DNA of 64,000 nucleotides from Diadema antillarum (GCF_040938485.1 NW_027270960.1:7006001-7070000); one strand, 5' to 3'. Numbered from the stretch's first letter, positions 38,491-52,107 are shown. Numbers and translations: made by a program. Notes: generated by a model from the sequence alone, not told the origin.

Positions 38491-40000
38491 CTATTCGCGG
38501 AGTGCACTGAGGGAACAATGTCTGAGATCCAACCAGGTGCTGTCCTATTCCAAGCAATTTCCCATCAGAGCGACAAGAAAGTCCAGTATATATTCACCCG
38601 TGCATCAAAGAATGAATGAAGTAAGAAGCCAGGAACACAAAATGTTTAGTTTCGGTAATAACATTTGCAAAACACAAAACCAACCAAATTGGCCAGCCAG
38701 GCAATATACCTTCCAAGCCAGTATGATTCCATGAAATTCCTGAAAGGTGCCAGTTCAGTCAACTAAAATGAAAGTGATTCTCTTCTCCTGAGTAAGTATG
38801 TCTATCATTAGGTTATCACACAATACCAAACCACTGAGCTAAACTACATCCTCAGGGCTAGAACAGGAATTCACAAATGAAGCTACATGATCTATGATCC
38901 AACACTCTTGAACAAGAAAAAGTCTGTCCCCTAGAGCCTGAAACCAGAAGCAAAAAGATCAGGATAACTCAGCTTCCAATGCATACATAAACACTTCCCT
39001 ACGAGACTGCTGTCCGCCCAAGGAAGTTCAAAGCCCTCACCCAATCAACAATGTAACGAGTCACGTGATAGGCTGAACACTAAAAAAGAAGGTCCATGGA
39101 CAGTTTTGATGTTTGCAAAGTGCAGTATCTGACTAGTACCGACTGCTTATGCTCTTATAAAATTGTCAAATATAAACATGCTAGAAATAATTAAGACATG
39201 TTGTGTCGATGGACAAGATGGTGAGTACAGCAAAAAACCTAACACACCTAAAATGGAGATCATAGCCAAATGGACTCTTTCCTACGTCAAACCCTCGATC
39301 ACGCCAACACAGGAAGACTCAGGTTTTGTTTGTTTTCTCGCTGGGTAAAGAGCAAACAGCTTTCACACATGAGCCAATCAAAATAACAAAAGAAGAGTCA
39401 ATTTTGGTGATCTACATAAGTCAAAATAAAAGCACTTGCTTTCATTGGTTCTGCACTTTGGAAATACGTGTAGTTGCAAGTACTACGCCCTACATGGTCA
39501 TGACCTTTTGTAAATATGCTGATTAATTTCCCAAGTGAGGAGCTTCTGGCTATATATATTTAAAAAAAGCCCAGTCACAATTTCTATACTAAATGAGCAT
39601 TCCTGTAGGAGCCTTTCTATTCCAGCTTATGTTCTGACATCATGAATAATCCTGTGCCATAATCTTGATGATTTTCAAGCAATCAAAATGCCATATGAAT
39701 TAATATTTGACACTTTCTTATACAGCATTAAACAAGTGATTGCAGTCATAAAACTTAACCCCAAACAAATAGAATTCTATTCCATAATACTTGTAAAATT
39801 GTCTGATAGCAAAATTCTTCAAATTAGTGTAATACAATTTTGACAGACTAACTATTGAAACAATGCTTTTATGCAAATGCTGGTGAACTTTGTAGCTGAA
39901 TTGGAAATGGAACACAGGCCTACTAGATGCTTTCCCACAGTTAATACTGTGTCCAGGCTCTGGCTATGAAACCTATCTAAACTATACAGTCAATTTCTCT

Positions 40001-40766
40001 ATATGTGACCCGCTACAACAAAATGATCCTAAAGTCGGGCGAAGTCGATTATTTGAAAATTGCATGATATAATCCCCTAATCTTTCTGCTTTAAATTGAT
40101 ATATAACACATTCTATAAAAATAATCGGCTGCGGAGATATCGATGTTTAAATGAGAGCATGTCGAGACGTCTGGAAAATCACTGTTTCGAGAAAAGCGTC
40201 CTAAAAGTCTTCCTTTCGACGCAATCGCGATCAAGGGACACGCAAGTCAGTTTTCACCTCTGGACGATAGAAGGTAAGCCCTAGCAACCCACGAAGAGTT
40301 CATTCAAGCACATCAGCGTCGGCGGTCTCCTCACCAACCAATCAGTGACCGGGATGTGAGAAGCGCCTGAGCATAGCGCACCCCGCCCGCACGCACCAGT
40401 CGACTGGGCAGTGTGCGAGCTTCACGCTTCGGTTAGCAGCAAGCAGCAAACTGACCAATGAGATCACTCTGGTCGTTGTTAGGGGCGGAGCGTATCTGTG
40501 GCGCTCAATCCAAATTTTCGAAACAGTTTCTGCTTCGTTGAAACACCAAAAAACATGGCTCAGAAAAACGCTATTTTTTATCTTTCCTTTGATGATTTTG
40601 CTTCAAAATTTCGACAGATGATAGAAGACATGTTAGACTCCAATAATATATCAAAATCAGAATATCGTAAGTTTTGACCAATTTTAATGCTCTGACTTCA
40701 AACTCAATTTTCACAGCTTCGACCGTGCGCGACTTTAGGACCTTTTTGTTGTAGCGGGTCACATAT
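40001..40766. mobile_element. TA-flanked MITE with ATATGTGACC termini (766 bp) and CpG-rich core
   Basis: 37-bp TIR ATATGTGACCCGCTACAACAAAA...CCTAAAGTCG with 2 mismatches. The core contains CCAAT (x2) and GGGGCGG/CCCCGCCC motifs. Confidence 0.85.
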
Positions 40767-41964
40767 CACCTCTGTACTATTAAAAAAAAAGAAAATAAAA
40801 ATGTTTCACAACCTATGCATTGGAAATGGGGAATATAACCCACTAGACAAAGCACCACAAGTAGTATTATTACTAAAGGAGCAATTAACGATGAAACTAA
40901 CCAGGCAAAAAGTGTTGCAGGCCTATAAACAGCAATGCAAATTCATTGCATCCACAACCAATATTTGCAACTAATACCATACCTCCAGGTTTTGTAACTC
41001 CATGAATAGAAATAGAAAGAGAAAGATAGATCCAAGTCTTGTGTCCCTTACAGTAGAGGGGAAATCAGTACAATTTCTAAATATCAGTGGGATGATGCAG
41101 CAGGCTTTGGCAGAAATCTAAAGTAGAAAACAACTTTTACTCCCATAAGTCATATCCTCCTGAGTCAACAGAGCACACTTAAACTCACGCAGTTGTACGT
41201 ATGCCTGCACTAGGCACGTTGGAATCAGCATCAAGAAAGTTTATGATACCTGAATCGAGCGGAAGACAAAATTTCCTCTCTCGTCTCTTATTCCTACTTC
41301 AGTTGGTCAGGACTTGGCACATTTTCATGCTCAGGCCTACAGGCATATCATACAGAAAGAAGAACTTGTCACCCAAGTAGACGTATATCCTGAAGTGATA
41401 TAGCCCAAATTGTAATTCTGGACTTTAGACATCATCGGGTGACCTTCAGAAAGCATCTTCTAGAAGTCCGGGAAGTCTGGAGAGTGACCTCGGTTCCACA
41501 TAATCCATACAAATGCACTTTTTAATAGTTGACTTCACTTTGAGAGCTGAACACTACTTGTTTGTGAACTTTGCACAAAAGCAATATGATGCACAATTCA
41601 TTTGTGGTTTCTTAAATCATGTGACATCTCAAAAATGGTGTTACCGAACATGCCAGTCATATCAGGCAAACAGCTATTCAAGGGCAACCAAATATGTTGG
41701 TTGTTTGGTGACTGATCCAGGTAGATTTCAATGACAGCTTCCCCTGTGACGCATCAAATACAGTTTTGTATAATATTGATCATCAAATCAATCCATATAA
41801 AATACATCCAGACAGGTCAACAATCACAAAAACCACACCATTTTCCTTTTCCCATTCCTGTTCCGCGAAGGCAGATGATTACTTTAATACTAAAACACAC
41901 CAGCACATCTATCAACAATACATGAAATACACTAAACAATGTAGATAACGCCTCCAGCTTGAAT

Positions 41965-42057
41965 TTAACCCATTGAAGATGAGTCCCAAGAATACTCGGG
42001 CAGGGGTCCATGGGAATTACATGTTGCAGCAAAATCAGCCCGTCCTCAATGGGTTAA
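41965..42057 (+). mobile_element. PB93 MITE copy 12
   Basis: TTAACCCATTGAAGATGAG...CCGTCCTCAATGGGTTAA, 93 bp. Confidence 0.9.
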
Positions 42058-42816
42058 TCGAAAGCAAAGCAATGTCCAGCCAAACAGAAACGGCAGATGT
42101 TCCTACGAGAGCACAATCCCAGTATATAAATGATGCAGTGAATTACCTGCCACTAATCGCAGACAAGCTCATTACAGCCCTATCGGTCGCTGCCTGGTGA
42201 GTGGGAATCAACGTTTTCCTTAACTCTGAATGACAAAATCCCAAACTGAATGAGGAAGGCCCTTAAATACTGCAAAATGTCACAACACCTACACTCAGCG
42301 GGGTGGCTCTGAATGGAAAAAAGCATAATATGAGCAGTGAGAAAGGAGAAAAATTGACAAAATGATCTTGTTGCTTTGAACCTATTTTTAATACTTCAGG
42401 AAATCTCTGTCAAGAGCAAGAAGAAAAGATCTTTAAAGTATACCTGCACTACGTCTATCACACCTCACACGACACCAGACAGCCAAGGTAATTGAGTGCG
42501 TAGGGCATAGCAAAGTCATGGCTCGCGATGAAAGCTGGATTCTAGATTAGGTCACATACAGTGTCGGACAACTCAGAAAAGAAATTACTCTTTGAATGGA
42601 GTTTAGTTTTGTACACACTGAATGGTGCCATGGAAATGAACTTTCAAAACTAGTAGAAGTAACATTTGAGGCATTGCTTGACTTGCTTGGTGAAAGTTGT
42701 ACAAAACAGGTGATTGATATAACTCTTATTCCCCCAGCACACTGACATCCATACTGCAGTTAGTATGAAAAATAAAATATAGAACTAATATAAGAAGGGG
42801 AGGCGATCAAGTACAG

Positions 42817-42964
42817 NNNNNNNNNNNNNNNNNNNNNNNNNNNNNNNNNNNNNNNNNNNNNNNNNNNNNNNNNNNNNNNNNNNNNNNNNNNNNNNNNNNN
42901 NNNNNNNNNNNNNNNNNNNNNNNNNNNNNNNNNNNNNNNNNNNNNNNNNNNNNNNNNNNNNNNN
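42817..42964. other. Assembly gap (148 N)
   Basis: Run of N. Confidence 1.
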
Positions 42965-44159
42965 TAGGAAATTACCTAAAGTAGCAGAGTGCTTTTCTTG
43001 TATTATATATTGTGTATTTGATTAAATCCATGCACTTTCATCACTTCTAAAAGTAAACAAACGTACCTTTTTGTTGTGTGTCAGTGAACCTACATATGTG
43101 CCAAATGATGATACTTTTGGCAAGTGTGCTCTCTCCGTGCAGTTCCAATGAATCACAAGGGTAAACACTCTACCCTCTAGCTAGGCATTTGCCCTATGAT
43201 AAAAAGACATTTTGCTGATTACACATGTTGTGATTAGGGACTAGTCCTTGGGAGGTGGGTTTTAAAGTGTTAAACTCTCCTTGACCTATCTACTTTATTT
43301 CCTGTTCCAGGAACACAAGAGATAAATTGAATAATATTTTGATCCCAAGACTGGCATAGAACAATATCTGGACAATTCATTGACAGATAGAGAGGTCTAT
43401 CTCAGGTGGACATGCTGACTATAAACAACATTAACAGCAGCAGCAGAAATCTATGCCATTCTGCTTTCTAACAAAGTGACATGAAATTCAACCATTGTTC
43501 TCATGTATCTCATAAAAATGCATAGAAAACATATATTTTTTCCCTTATATTGTCTATTTAGCTTGATTGATAGATTATTATGCAAACTCTCATACCAATA
43601 TGAAAAACACACCCTTCCTATCTTCCTTTGCATATCCATATTTCAATTTGGTTGTTGGAAACTAAATGTCTTTGAACTCAAGATATCTGTTTGAATATCA
43701 AGAGTCTCATCCTATAGGACCTATACCACACAGCCCCCTCCACCCCCCCCCCCCCCAATGTAATGACTCTAAGAGCATTGACCCAGTGTATGTTTTGCAT
43801 AGCATCTGACTTCCTCTTGATAAAACACTGACAATATACATTCTCAGGCTGACTGCCCGTTCTAGCAGGAACCCAGCTGAAGTGATACAACTCCCCTGAG
43901 TGGTAATATCTCCCACGGAACAGGATGCTTACAGGGGAGCTGGCAAAGGGAAAAGGGGGGGGGGGGGGAGAAAAAGCCACCTTAAAGATAGAAACCCTGC
44001 CAAGAGCATCTTAACCCGACTCGCTATGGGTTAATCACGGTCTAGATTGTCACATCTGGGTGCAAATATATTTCACAATTTTAGGTAAATCTTAAAGATA
44101 AACTCTACCTGATACACCATTTTCTGCTGTAGAAGTTTAACAATGTAACTGAACTATAT

Positions 44160-44775
44160 TTAAAGGGGTATTCTGAACCAGTCAAAATTAGGTCTGAAAA
44201 GAAAGTGTAAAATTTTAAAAGCACACCAGCAAATAAAATAATCAAAATCTATTAAAAATTATGGGAGTTATGAAATTACGAAGTTACTTTAACTTTCGTA
44301 AAACAATTTTGAAATGTTTGACATGAAAATGCAAATGAGTAAACTGATGATGTCATCAGCTCACAATTTTCCATCAATTGTGTACAAAAAAAACTTGAGA
44401 AAATTCAATGTTTTCTATTATAAAAGTTATTCCTCGCAGAACAAGTTCAAAATAATGATCAGTCAGACATATTGGGATTTGAAAATTGGGCACAACTGTA
44501 TTAAAAAAAGAAACCTGCAAATATCTTCTTTCTCTTTTTTTAAAAACAAACTATATGGCAAGTTGTGAGGCGATGACATCATCAACTCATTTGCACATTC
44601 ATATTTGTTGTTCAAGAAATGTTCTGTGAAAATCAGTAAAATTTCCTCATGTCATATTTCCTTTGATTTTCATATGATTTTGATCAAATCTTCCCTGATG
44701 TGCTTATAAAATGTATTCTTTCTTTACTACCTCTTTTGAATGGTGCAGAAAATGTCGTATGGTCTAGACAACCAT
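44160..44775. mobile_element. Degenerate Kolobok/T2-like MITE
   Basis: Left end TTAAAGGGGTATTC; internal inverted segments (caaatgagtaaactgatgatgtcatca / gatgacatcatcaactcatttgc); right TIR eroded. Confidence 0.5.
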
Positions 44776-45259
44776 TTCTGAGGCTATGATGATTGTCTCC
44801 TGTATTTCTGTACATCAAGAGTTGCTTAATTTGTCTTTGAATGACAGATATACAGGATCCTATGTTTGCATAAATATATGCATAATATAATGCCTGTTTG
44901 CTTTCATTTTGCACTGTGTTAGAAAAAAAAAATGTTGGATATTTGAATTAATCATTTATCTGTTTTAACTGTCAGATTCAAATTATACTGTGCTCAATTA
45001 GTTCGTTCAATTGACGATGTATTTCATTTATGTATGAAAAAGAAATCCAGAAATAAAATAAAATAAAATAAAATAAATCAAATCAAATCAAATCAAATAA
45101 AAAAAGGACAATGTCATTGCATTCAAAGTGATATCAGTAGGCCTATGTGCTTTCTGCACAAAATTACACTCACACGGAGTGAAATGCAGCATTACCAGTA
45201 ATCTAAATCATACATCACAAGACACTTTACTTCAAAATGTCTAGAGAATACCATGGGTG

Positions 45260-45720
45260 ATATGTTTGTTATCCTGAAGGTTTGTTAATTCGAAATTGAA
45301 ACAAGGTTCATTACTCCAAAGATTCATTTTTCTGAAATACACAGATTCCCTATACCTGGATGTTCGTTAACTGGAAAATTTCAATTTCATTCATTTTCAT
45401 TCTCATTTTTCTTCCAACAAGCATTTTCCTTTTGGACCAGTCAAAATGAAATGGATTTTGTTCATTTGAACATTTGTGGCATTCCAAAGGCTTGTCATTC
45501 TGAAGGTTCATTAATTTGAAAATGAAATACAAAGGTTGTTATTTTGAAGATTTGTTTATCCGAAAATGAAATAAGGTTTGTTATTCCAAAAGTTCATTAA
45601 TCTGAAAACTGAATAAGGCTCATAAATCCAAAAATAAACAGAATGTACTTACTCATATACCTTTAGAATAAGGAACCTTATTTCGCTATCTTATAAACAA
45701 ACTTTCTGAATAACAAACTG
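45260..45720. repeat. Degenerate tandem-motif element (ggtttgttattccgaaggttcattaatctgaaaatgaaata-like units)
   Basis: Recurrent imperfect units; related to 23945-24240. Confidence 0.55.
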
Positions 45721-48229
45721 TAACTGAATGGCATTACCTCATAATAATTTCAACAGATATATCACATCTGTGGTTTAAGATTTTCCCCAGAAGATTCTAG
45801 GATTGCAACACACTTTGCACAGGACCACCAGCTACACCTAATAGGCAACATCGAGAAACTTCAAGTTCATTCAAATTTTTTGTATAGGTGTTCCCTAAAC
45901 TTATGACATTATGATCTTCGGGGGCACATACACCCCTTTGCCGATGAATCATTGTTGACATCAGCTACATTGGGAGGTGGTTTTGTTTTACTTTTGTTTT
46001 GTTTTTCTTATCTTGTTTTTTTTTTCTCTCCTTTTTTTTTTTGTGTGTTTTTTGCTTTCAGTTCTAGCACCAAAGAAAATAAGATCCAATGCCAACACAA
46101 GATTGCATTGTTACTGTTCAATGTAGCTGTTCTTTTAGTGTTGTTTTTCAGTGAAAAAAAAAGGCCATGAATATTGACTCATTTATTTGGCTTGGATACA
46201 ATCCCTCAAGAATGATCCCAGGTGAAAGCCCTGGGATAGAATCAGATGTGACCTACTGGTGACCGAAGGTTATTTCCTGCCTAGGAAATTCACTGCTATG
46301 TAATCATACAGCTGTAAGTACCACACAGGGTTATTCAGAGGTTTCTGTCATTGACTGCTCTTTGAACACTATCAAAAGTCACCACTAGTCAATGAAGAAA
46401 TCACACAAATCAACCTTACTGTGCAAGTTAAAAATTGAAAGGAAGCAAAATTACCACCCCCCCCCCCCAAAAAAAAAGAGGAAAATTTTCACTAATGTTG
46501 TATGATAGATCTCACCAGAAATAGGAACGCACAAGCTAACCCTTTTCTTTCTTCATCCTAGAGGGAATATTGACTCATCAATAGGAGCAGTTTCATGTCT
46601 GAAATATGATCCTGACATCATGCACTACATGTCACAAATATTCAAGATGGGAAACTTCTTCAGCAAAATGTCTGATTTTACCATCCCATCAACATACAGC
46701 TGTACAAATGGTTTTCCATTATTTTCAATCCTACTACTTGATATTGTCTCATATAATTCTACAAATAAACGCTTACCAAATTGCACCTACAATCAGTGTT
46801 AAATTAAATATTAAAGATTGACAGCTTGTTGGTGTTGATTAAAAAAAAAGACACACTGTAGACTGTAGAAAAGAAAATCTGATCGAATGAACAACTAATT
46901 TTTTCAAACACTTTACATTAGTTTCCATATATCTGAGGTCTTTCATATTTCATTTTCTATCTTATCATATCAAAAGACTCAAGGTACATGAACATCTATC
47001 AAACAATACCATCCCCTTTCCCTTCGACAAAACAAAAAAGAAACAATCTTCTGCAGAAAAGATAACACTTAACAAACTCGGTTATTTGCAATCCTGTGCA
47101 AGATTTTTTTTTTTTTAAGTTATATAAATCATCTACTCATACATGGCCACTCCATCACAATTTTTGATGGTGAAATTCATCACTTACCAATAAATTCCTT
47201 ATAACACTTATCTGTACATACATCTGAAAGACATTCACAAGATTTTTTTCACAAGATTTTCCAAATTTCAATATTAAAAAAACAGTAAGAAAGAGAAGAA
47301 AGATTTTAAAAAATATGTTGCACAGCTAATAAGATATCCATCATCTTCACTGAGTTTGCAGCACTGAACTGGCACCAAATACCTTTCCATCACATCTCCC
47401 GCTAAGAGAAACATGTGATGGATGAAGACAACAAAAATCATAAATCCCAGAAAAGAAAAATAAAAGACTTTGGATTCTCATTATTCCACGAAAGAAATGA
47501 CAGAAGTAGAGCCCAATGCATCAGCAAATAATCCTCATCAGAGAACCAGTGAGAGCAGAGCATCATCATCATTCTTTTTACGACCACCGTTCTTTTCTTC
47601 AGACAAAATAGACAGAAATACCCGATTGATCCAATCACAAAGCAATATCAAGGCTCATATATCCATGACAGCCTGGTTGCCATACACTTAGAAGTTGACT
47701 CTCTTTCCCACCTGTTTTATCCTCTTAAATGCTCTTTTCCTCCTTTTACTTCTTTTGTGGAGAAAGCGACAAGAACACAACTACCACGGAGACCGGTGAC
47801 ACCCAAACTTTTATCCAGCCACAGAGAGGGGTTCTCCTACATATGCCTTTATTGGACCAGGCAAGACAAGACCACACAGACGAGCTTTAGGAATGGTCTA
47901 AATGCCAGTGGAACTTGTACGGTGGACATCAGATTTGACATCGCCACATGACGACATCTCGTTTAACTATCTCTGACTTGATCTAATGAGACTTATCTAT
48001 CTCACAAGGTACAGGCCTCCCCCTCACACCCTCTGTTCTTTCAATTAGCATCCTTCCATTCGGTCACAGCAGACAACTGGAGCGAGGCACATACATAGCA
48101 TGGAACTCGGTGCTAGCTATACATCCATGCTCTTGTCAAAAGGCCCATTTGGGCAATTGAAATGAGTGGTAAATAGATCTACATATTGAGACTCAACTAA
48201 GCAAACAATGTGTCAAAATCAAATACATC

Positions 48230-48915
48230 ATATGTGACCCTGCATCACAAAATCAACATACAGTCGCCGGACATGGAATTTTAGTTAAGGGCAGATTCTG
48301 AAAGAGCAGACTCTAAGCTTTAAAACGATGTATGACTAAATTCAAATGGACTCTCCTAACCTATCTAAATATTTGAAATAAAGTTAGCACTCTGGAAAAG
48401 TGTGAACTAAGAAAAAAAGGCTCTGAAGTACAGGGTCTATTCAAGCCCTCAATCTTTACCAAGCTGTATACCTGTGTGATGAATAGGGGGAAAAAAGATG
48501 TAAACCGCCAGAGCAACAATGAAGAGATTATAAGATTAAGCTGAAATTGAGCCTGCTCTATCAACACATTCTGTCCATGATTAATGCCAACTTTCAAAGC
48601 AGTAGCATTATCCTTTCAAAAGTTGTTAGAGTTGAAAGTGAATAGTGTGCAAAGGATTTTCAAGAAATGAAAAGGGGACTCGACGACATACCTGATCACA
48701 CTACTCTACAAAAAATTAGTTGTAGAAAAACTGCTGAAAACACACTTTTCCATTCACTTTATGATCCCAAACTTAGGAAAAAATGTAGAAGAAGAGCTCT
48801 TTCAGAAAATATGAAAAACTCAAGTTTGACTTTGTTGACCCATTTCACTTTTTTTGAGTCCTCACCTAAAATCAAGGGGTGCAACTTTTTGTTGGTTTTG
48901 TGATCCACGGTAAGA
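48230..48915 (+). mobile_element. TA-flanked MITE with ATATGTGACC termini (about 685 bp), copy A
   Basis: Starts ATATGTGACCCTGCATCACAAAA and aligns by eye along its whole length to the reverse complement of 52110-52800. Confidence 0.85.
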
Positions 48916-49256
48916 GCATACACAGGATAAGATGGAAGACATCACATTAACAGATGATGTTCCAGAATAACAATGGCATACTAGATGTGATCAAAATTGA
49001 AATAAACATTTTAGATATCAGCCTGAGAGATTTTTATGCCCTGACATTCTTGGCTTCACATACACCCCTTCTCAGATACAATTTCCTTGATATGCCTACA
49101 GTGCATTGTCATCACATCATCAAGGTTTCCTTTCCTTTAATTGGACAGGATGTGGGAAATATGCTTCATGTATGAGGAAATTATGAAAATATCCTTAATC
49201 CTATGCCTGTCTCTTAACCCATGTGTTTTAAGTAGGTCTCACAGTGACATGAATTA

Positions 49257-49818
49257 CTAAAGGACAAGTACACCCTCACATACGTAAGGATTGAGAAAAT
49301 GCAGCAATGCCAGTAGAATACATCAGTGAAAGTTTGAGGAAAATTGGACAATCTGTTCAAAAGTTTTTGATTTTTAAAAGTTTCATTGCCACCATCACTT
49401 GCTGAGAAGACTACTACAGCCTGTGATGTCACATGCATAAAATGATATAAGGAAAATAATAAAGAAAGTTCAGCATATTTTCACTTTTGTCGCATAATAG
49501 AGCACTTGACTTGCCTCTTTCAGAAGGCAGGGGAATAATATTACCCATAACATATATGTCAGTAGCGAGTCGAGGGAATATGTACTTTAGCAAAAAATTG
49601 AAATTTTGTGGAACTCTTTTTATATTTTCATTATATCGCTCTATGCATGTGACATCATGCGCTGTAGTAGTCTTTTCATCTAGCATTGACTGTGCAGAAA
49701 CTTGAAAAATTCATAACTTTTGAATGGATTGTTCAGTTTCCCTAAAACTTTCAGTGATGTGTTCTACTAATATTTGCTGCATTTAAACAATACTTATGAA
49801 GGTGGACTTGTCCTTTAA
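49257..49818 (-). mobile_element. Kolobok/T2-like MITE (562 bp), copy B of the 34394 family
   Basis: CTAAAGGACAAGT ... GGACTTGTCCTTTAA; the core is inverted relative to 34394-34960. Confidence 0.88.
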
Positions 49819-49880
49819 CCTGTTGAAGACAAGTCCCAAGAATATTCTGGCAGGTGTTTATGGAAAATGTGTGTTATAAG
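49815..49880 (+). mobile_element. PB93 MITE copy 13 (truncated)
   Basis: TTAACCTGTTGAAGACAAGTCCCAAGAATATTCTGGCAGGTGTTTATGGAAAATGTGTGTTATA; begins on the right TTAA of the Kolobok-like element. Confidence 0.75.
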
Positions 49881-50151
49881 ACAATGTAAAGTTTATTTAA
49901 GGGTCAGCCCCTGAGGGTAGGTGGTTGCAAATTTGTCACATTCCTGGCTCAGCGAGAGATTTTGCCCTAGAATCAAGGTCCTACTTTAACCTTCCACACA
50001 CCTAGTAAGTAGCCCATGACAGCCATTGTTTGTGTATGTTTGTATGTGTGTTCGTAAATATGTCTTTTTTGCTTCCCAGTATATCAGCCTACTCACATAT
50101 AAAAATGTACGGTATCTAAGCTCCTACTCAGGACATTAGCTCTATATAATC

Positions 50152-50366
50152 TACTGTAAAAGTGGAAATTTTTCGGTGTTGAAACATTCGCGCATTTCGC
50201 GCAATCAGAAACTAGCGCGAAAATAAAAGCACACAAATATTTTTGCTTGCCATATGTTCCAGTAGTTGATGTCTTCATTCCGTGAAATTAAAAACACACG
50301 AAACCCTTCTTACCCGGCTGAGCGCAAAAAAAAATTGGTCGCACAAAAACATCTACTTTTTCAGTA
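50152..50366. mobile_element. TA-flanked Tc1/mariner-like MITE (215 bp)
   Basis: TACTGTAAAAGTGGAAATTTT versus reverse complement TACTGAAAAAGTAGATGTTTT; internal ttcgcg motifs. Confidence 0.7.
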
Positions 50367-51336
50367 TACTGCTTCTATAAAGTGAAGGTGTAGTAAATGT
50401 TAAAAAATGGGGGGAACCACAGCAGTCATGGATTTAAAGCCACAGTACAGCAAACACTTGCTGATTTCTGAAAGGTAAGACATAGTTTCCATATGCCTGC
50501 AGAAACTGCCAATTTTTCCTCTAAAATGGATACATACATGTGTATTTGTAATGTTTGGAATAGCTGTATGTGCAGTACTGTATTAATCATACAATTTCAG
50601 TTGGGTAGTAACAAAAACTGCACAACATAAGCCAAATATGGCAGAAATATTCAGCCTCTAAAGGTGTCTATGTAATGGTTTATAATCAATTACAAATTGG
50701 GCCAGAGCAGTATTCATTGGTTCTTTTTTTCATCATATATAAATGTTTTGTGCCACAATGCCTAAAAAAAACCCAATATCTTTCTGCACTGATTCAATCA
50801 AAAAGCATGGTGATGGGTGTCAAATGGAATTCATAATAATCTTCTTTCATGCTCTCAAAATATTCATACCAGGAAACTCGACGGCAAGCAAATTTGGAGT
50901 TCTCACTTTTGTAAAGTATTTTTCTTCCCACAGCTCCAACAGATATTTGTGTCTAACTCAGTGATGCATACTTGAAAGGATAAATTGCGCCCTCTCTTGT
51001 TCACAGCCCTTACAACTGACACGCATATATTCTACGTCTACTGCTGATATGGCATTCAAAAATGAATACATCGTGATATATGTTGCTCAATGCTGTAGCA
51101 CAAATCATCAGGGTGTGAAAGTGGTATGTCAATGTCATACAAATACATTAGTACACTAAACTCAAAATATTCCATTTGTTATTACTGAAATTACTACAGG
51201 TTCCACTGGCCTTTTTATCTGTTTGGTTTTCATGCACAAGTTTGCATACATCTTGGGTGTGGAAAATTAAGAAATATATTTTTTTCAAGCGTTCTATAAA
51301 CTCCACCTTTCAAATGATTTCCTATGTAGTTATGCA

Positions 51337-51411
<75 letters not shown>

Positions 51412-51415
<4 letters not shown>

Positions 51416-51704
51416 GGGTGTCCCAAAAAAAGCGGAACGGTGGATTTTCAGTACCTTGCATTCTAAAAGTGATATATTTTTTGACATCATTAGAAAGAGC
51501 ATCTTCCGCAGAAGACCATGATACCAAAATCATTACATTTGGTTGAGCACTTTTTATTCTACGCCAATTTCTGTAAATGCAGTCATTTTCAATTTTTTGC
51601 GACTTATGAGATAATAATTTGGGCGCGACAGGCGTTCCATACGGTGAATTGTGTTAGCTCGTTGATCCATGTCAACAAAAGATAACGCTTTCATATTGGG
51701 AGCG

Positions 51705-51743
<39 letters not shown>

Positions 51744-52060
51744 TTTTTTTTTCCTGGCCCGTGCCCAATGTGAAAGCTGTATCTTTTGTTGACATGGATC
51801 ACCGAGCTTACACAATATTCACCGTATGGATCGCGTGTCGCACTCAAATTATTATCTCATAAGTCGCAAAAATCTGGCAAAATTTGACAATCACTGCATT
51901 TTCAGAAATTGGTGTAGAATAAAAAGTACTGAACCAAATTAAATGATTTTGGTATCATAGTATTCTGCGGAACATGCTCTTTTTAATGACGTCAAAAGAT
52001 ATATAACTTTTAGACCGCAAGGTACTGAAAATCCACCGTTCCGCTTTTTTTGGGACACCC

Positions 52061-52064
<4 letters not shown>
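51412..52064. mobile_element. Young Tc1/mariner-like foldback MITE (653 bp) inserted in a (TA)n array
   Basis: TA|CCGGGTGTCCCAAAAAAAGCGGAACGGTGGATTTTCAGTACCTTGC is matched perfectly at the right end. Inverted arms are about 290 bp, with (CA)n in the loop and (TA)n on both sides. Confidence 0.92.
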
Positions 52065-52107
<43 letters not shown>

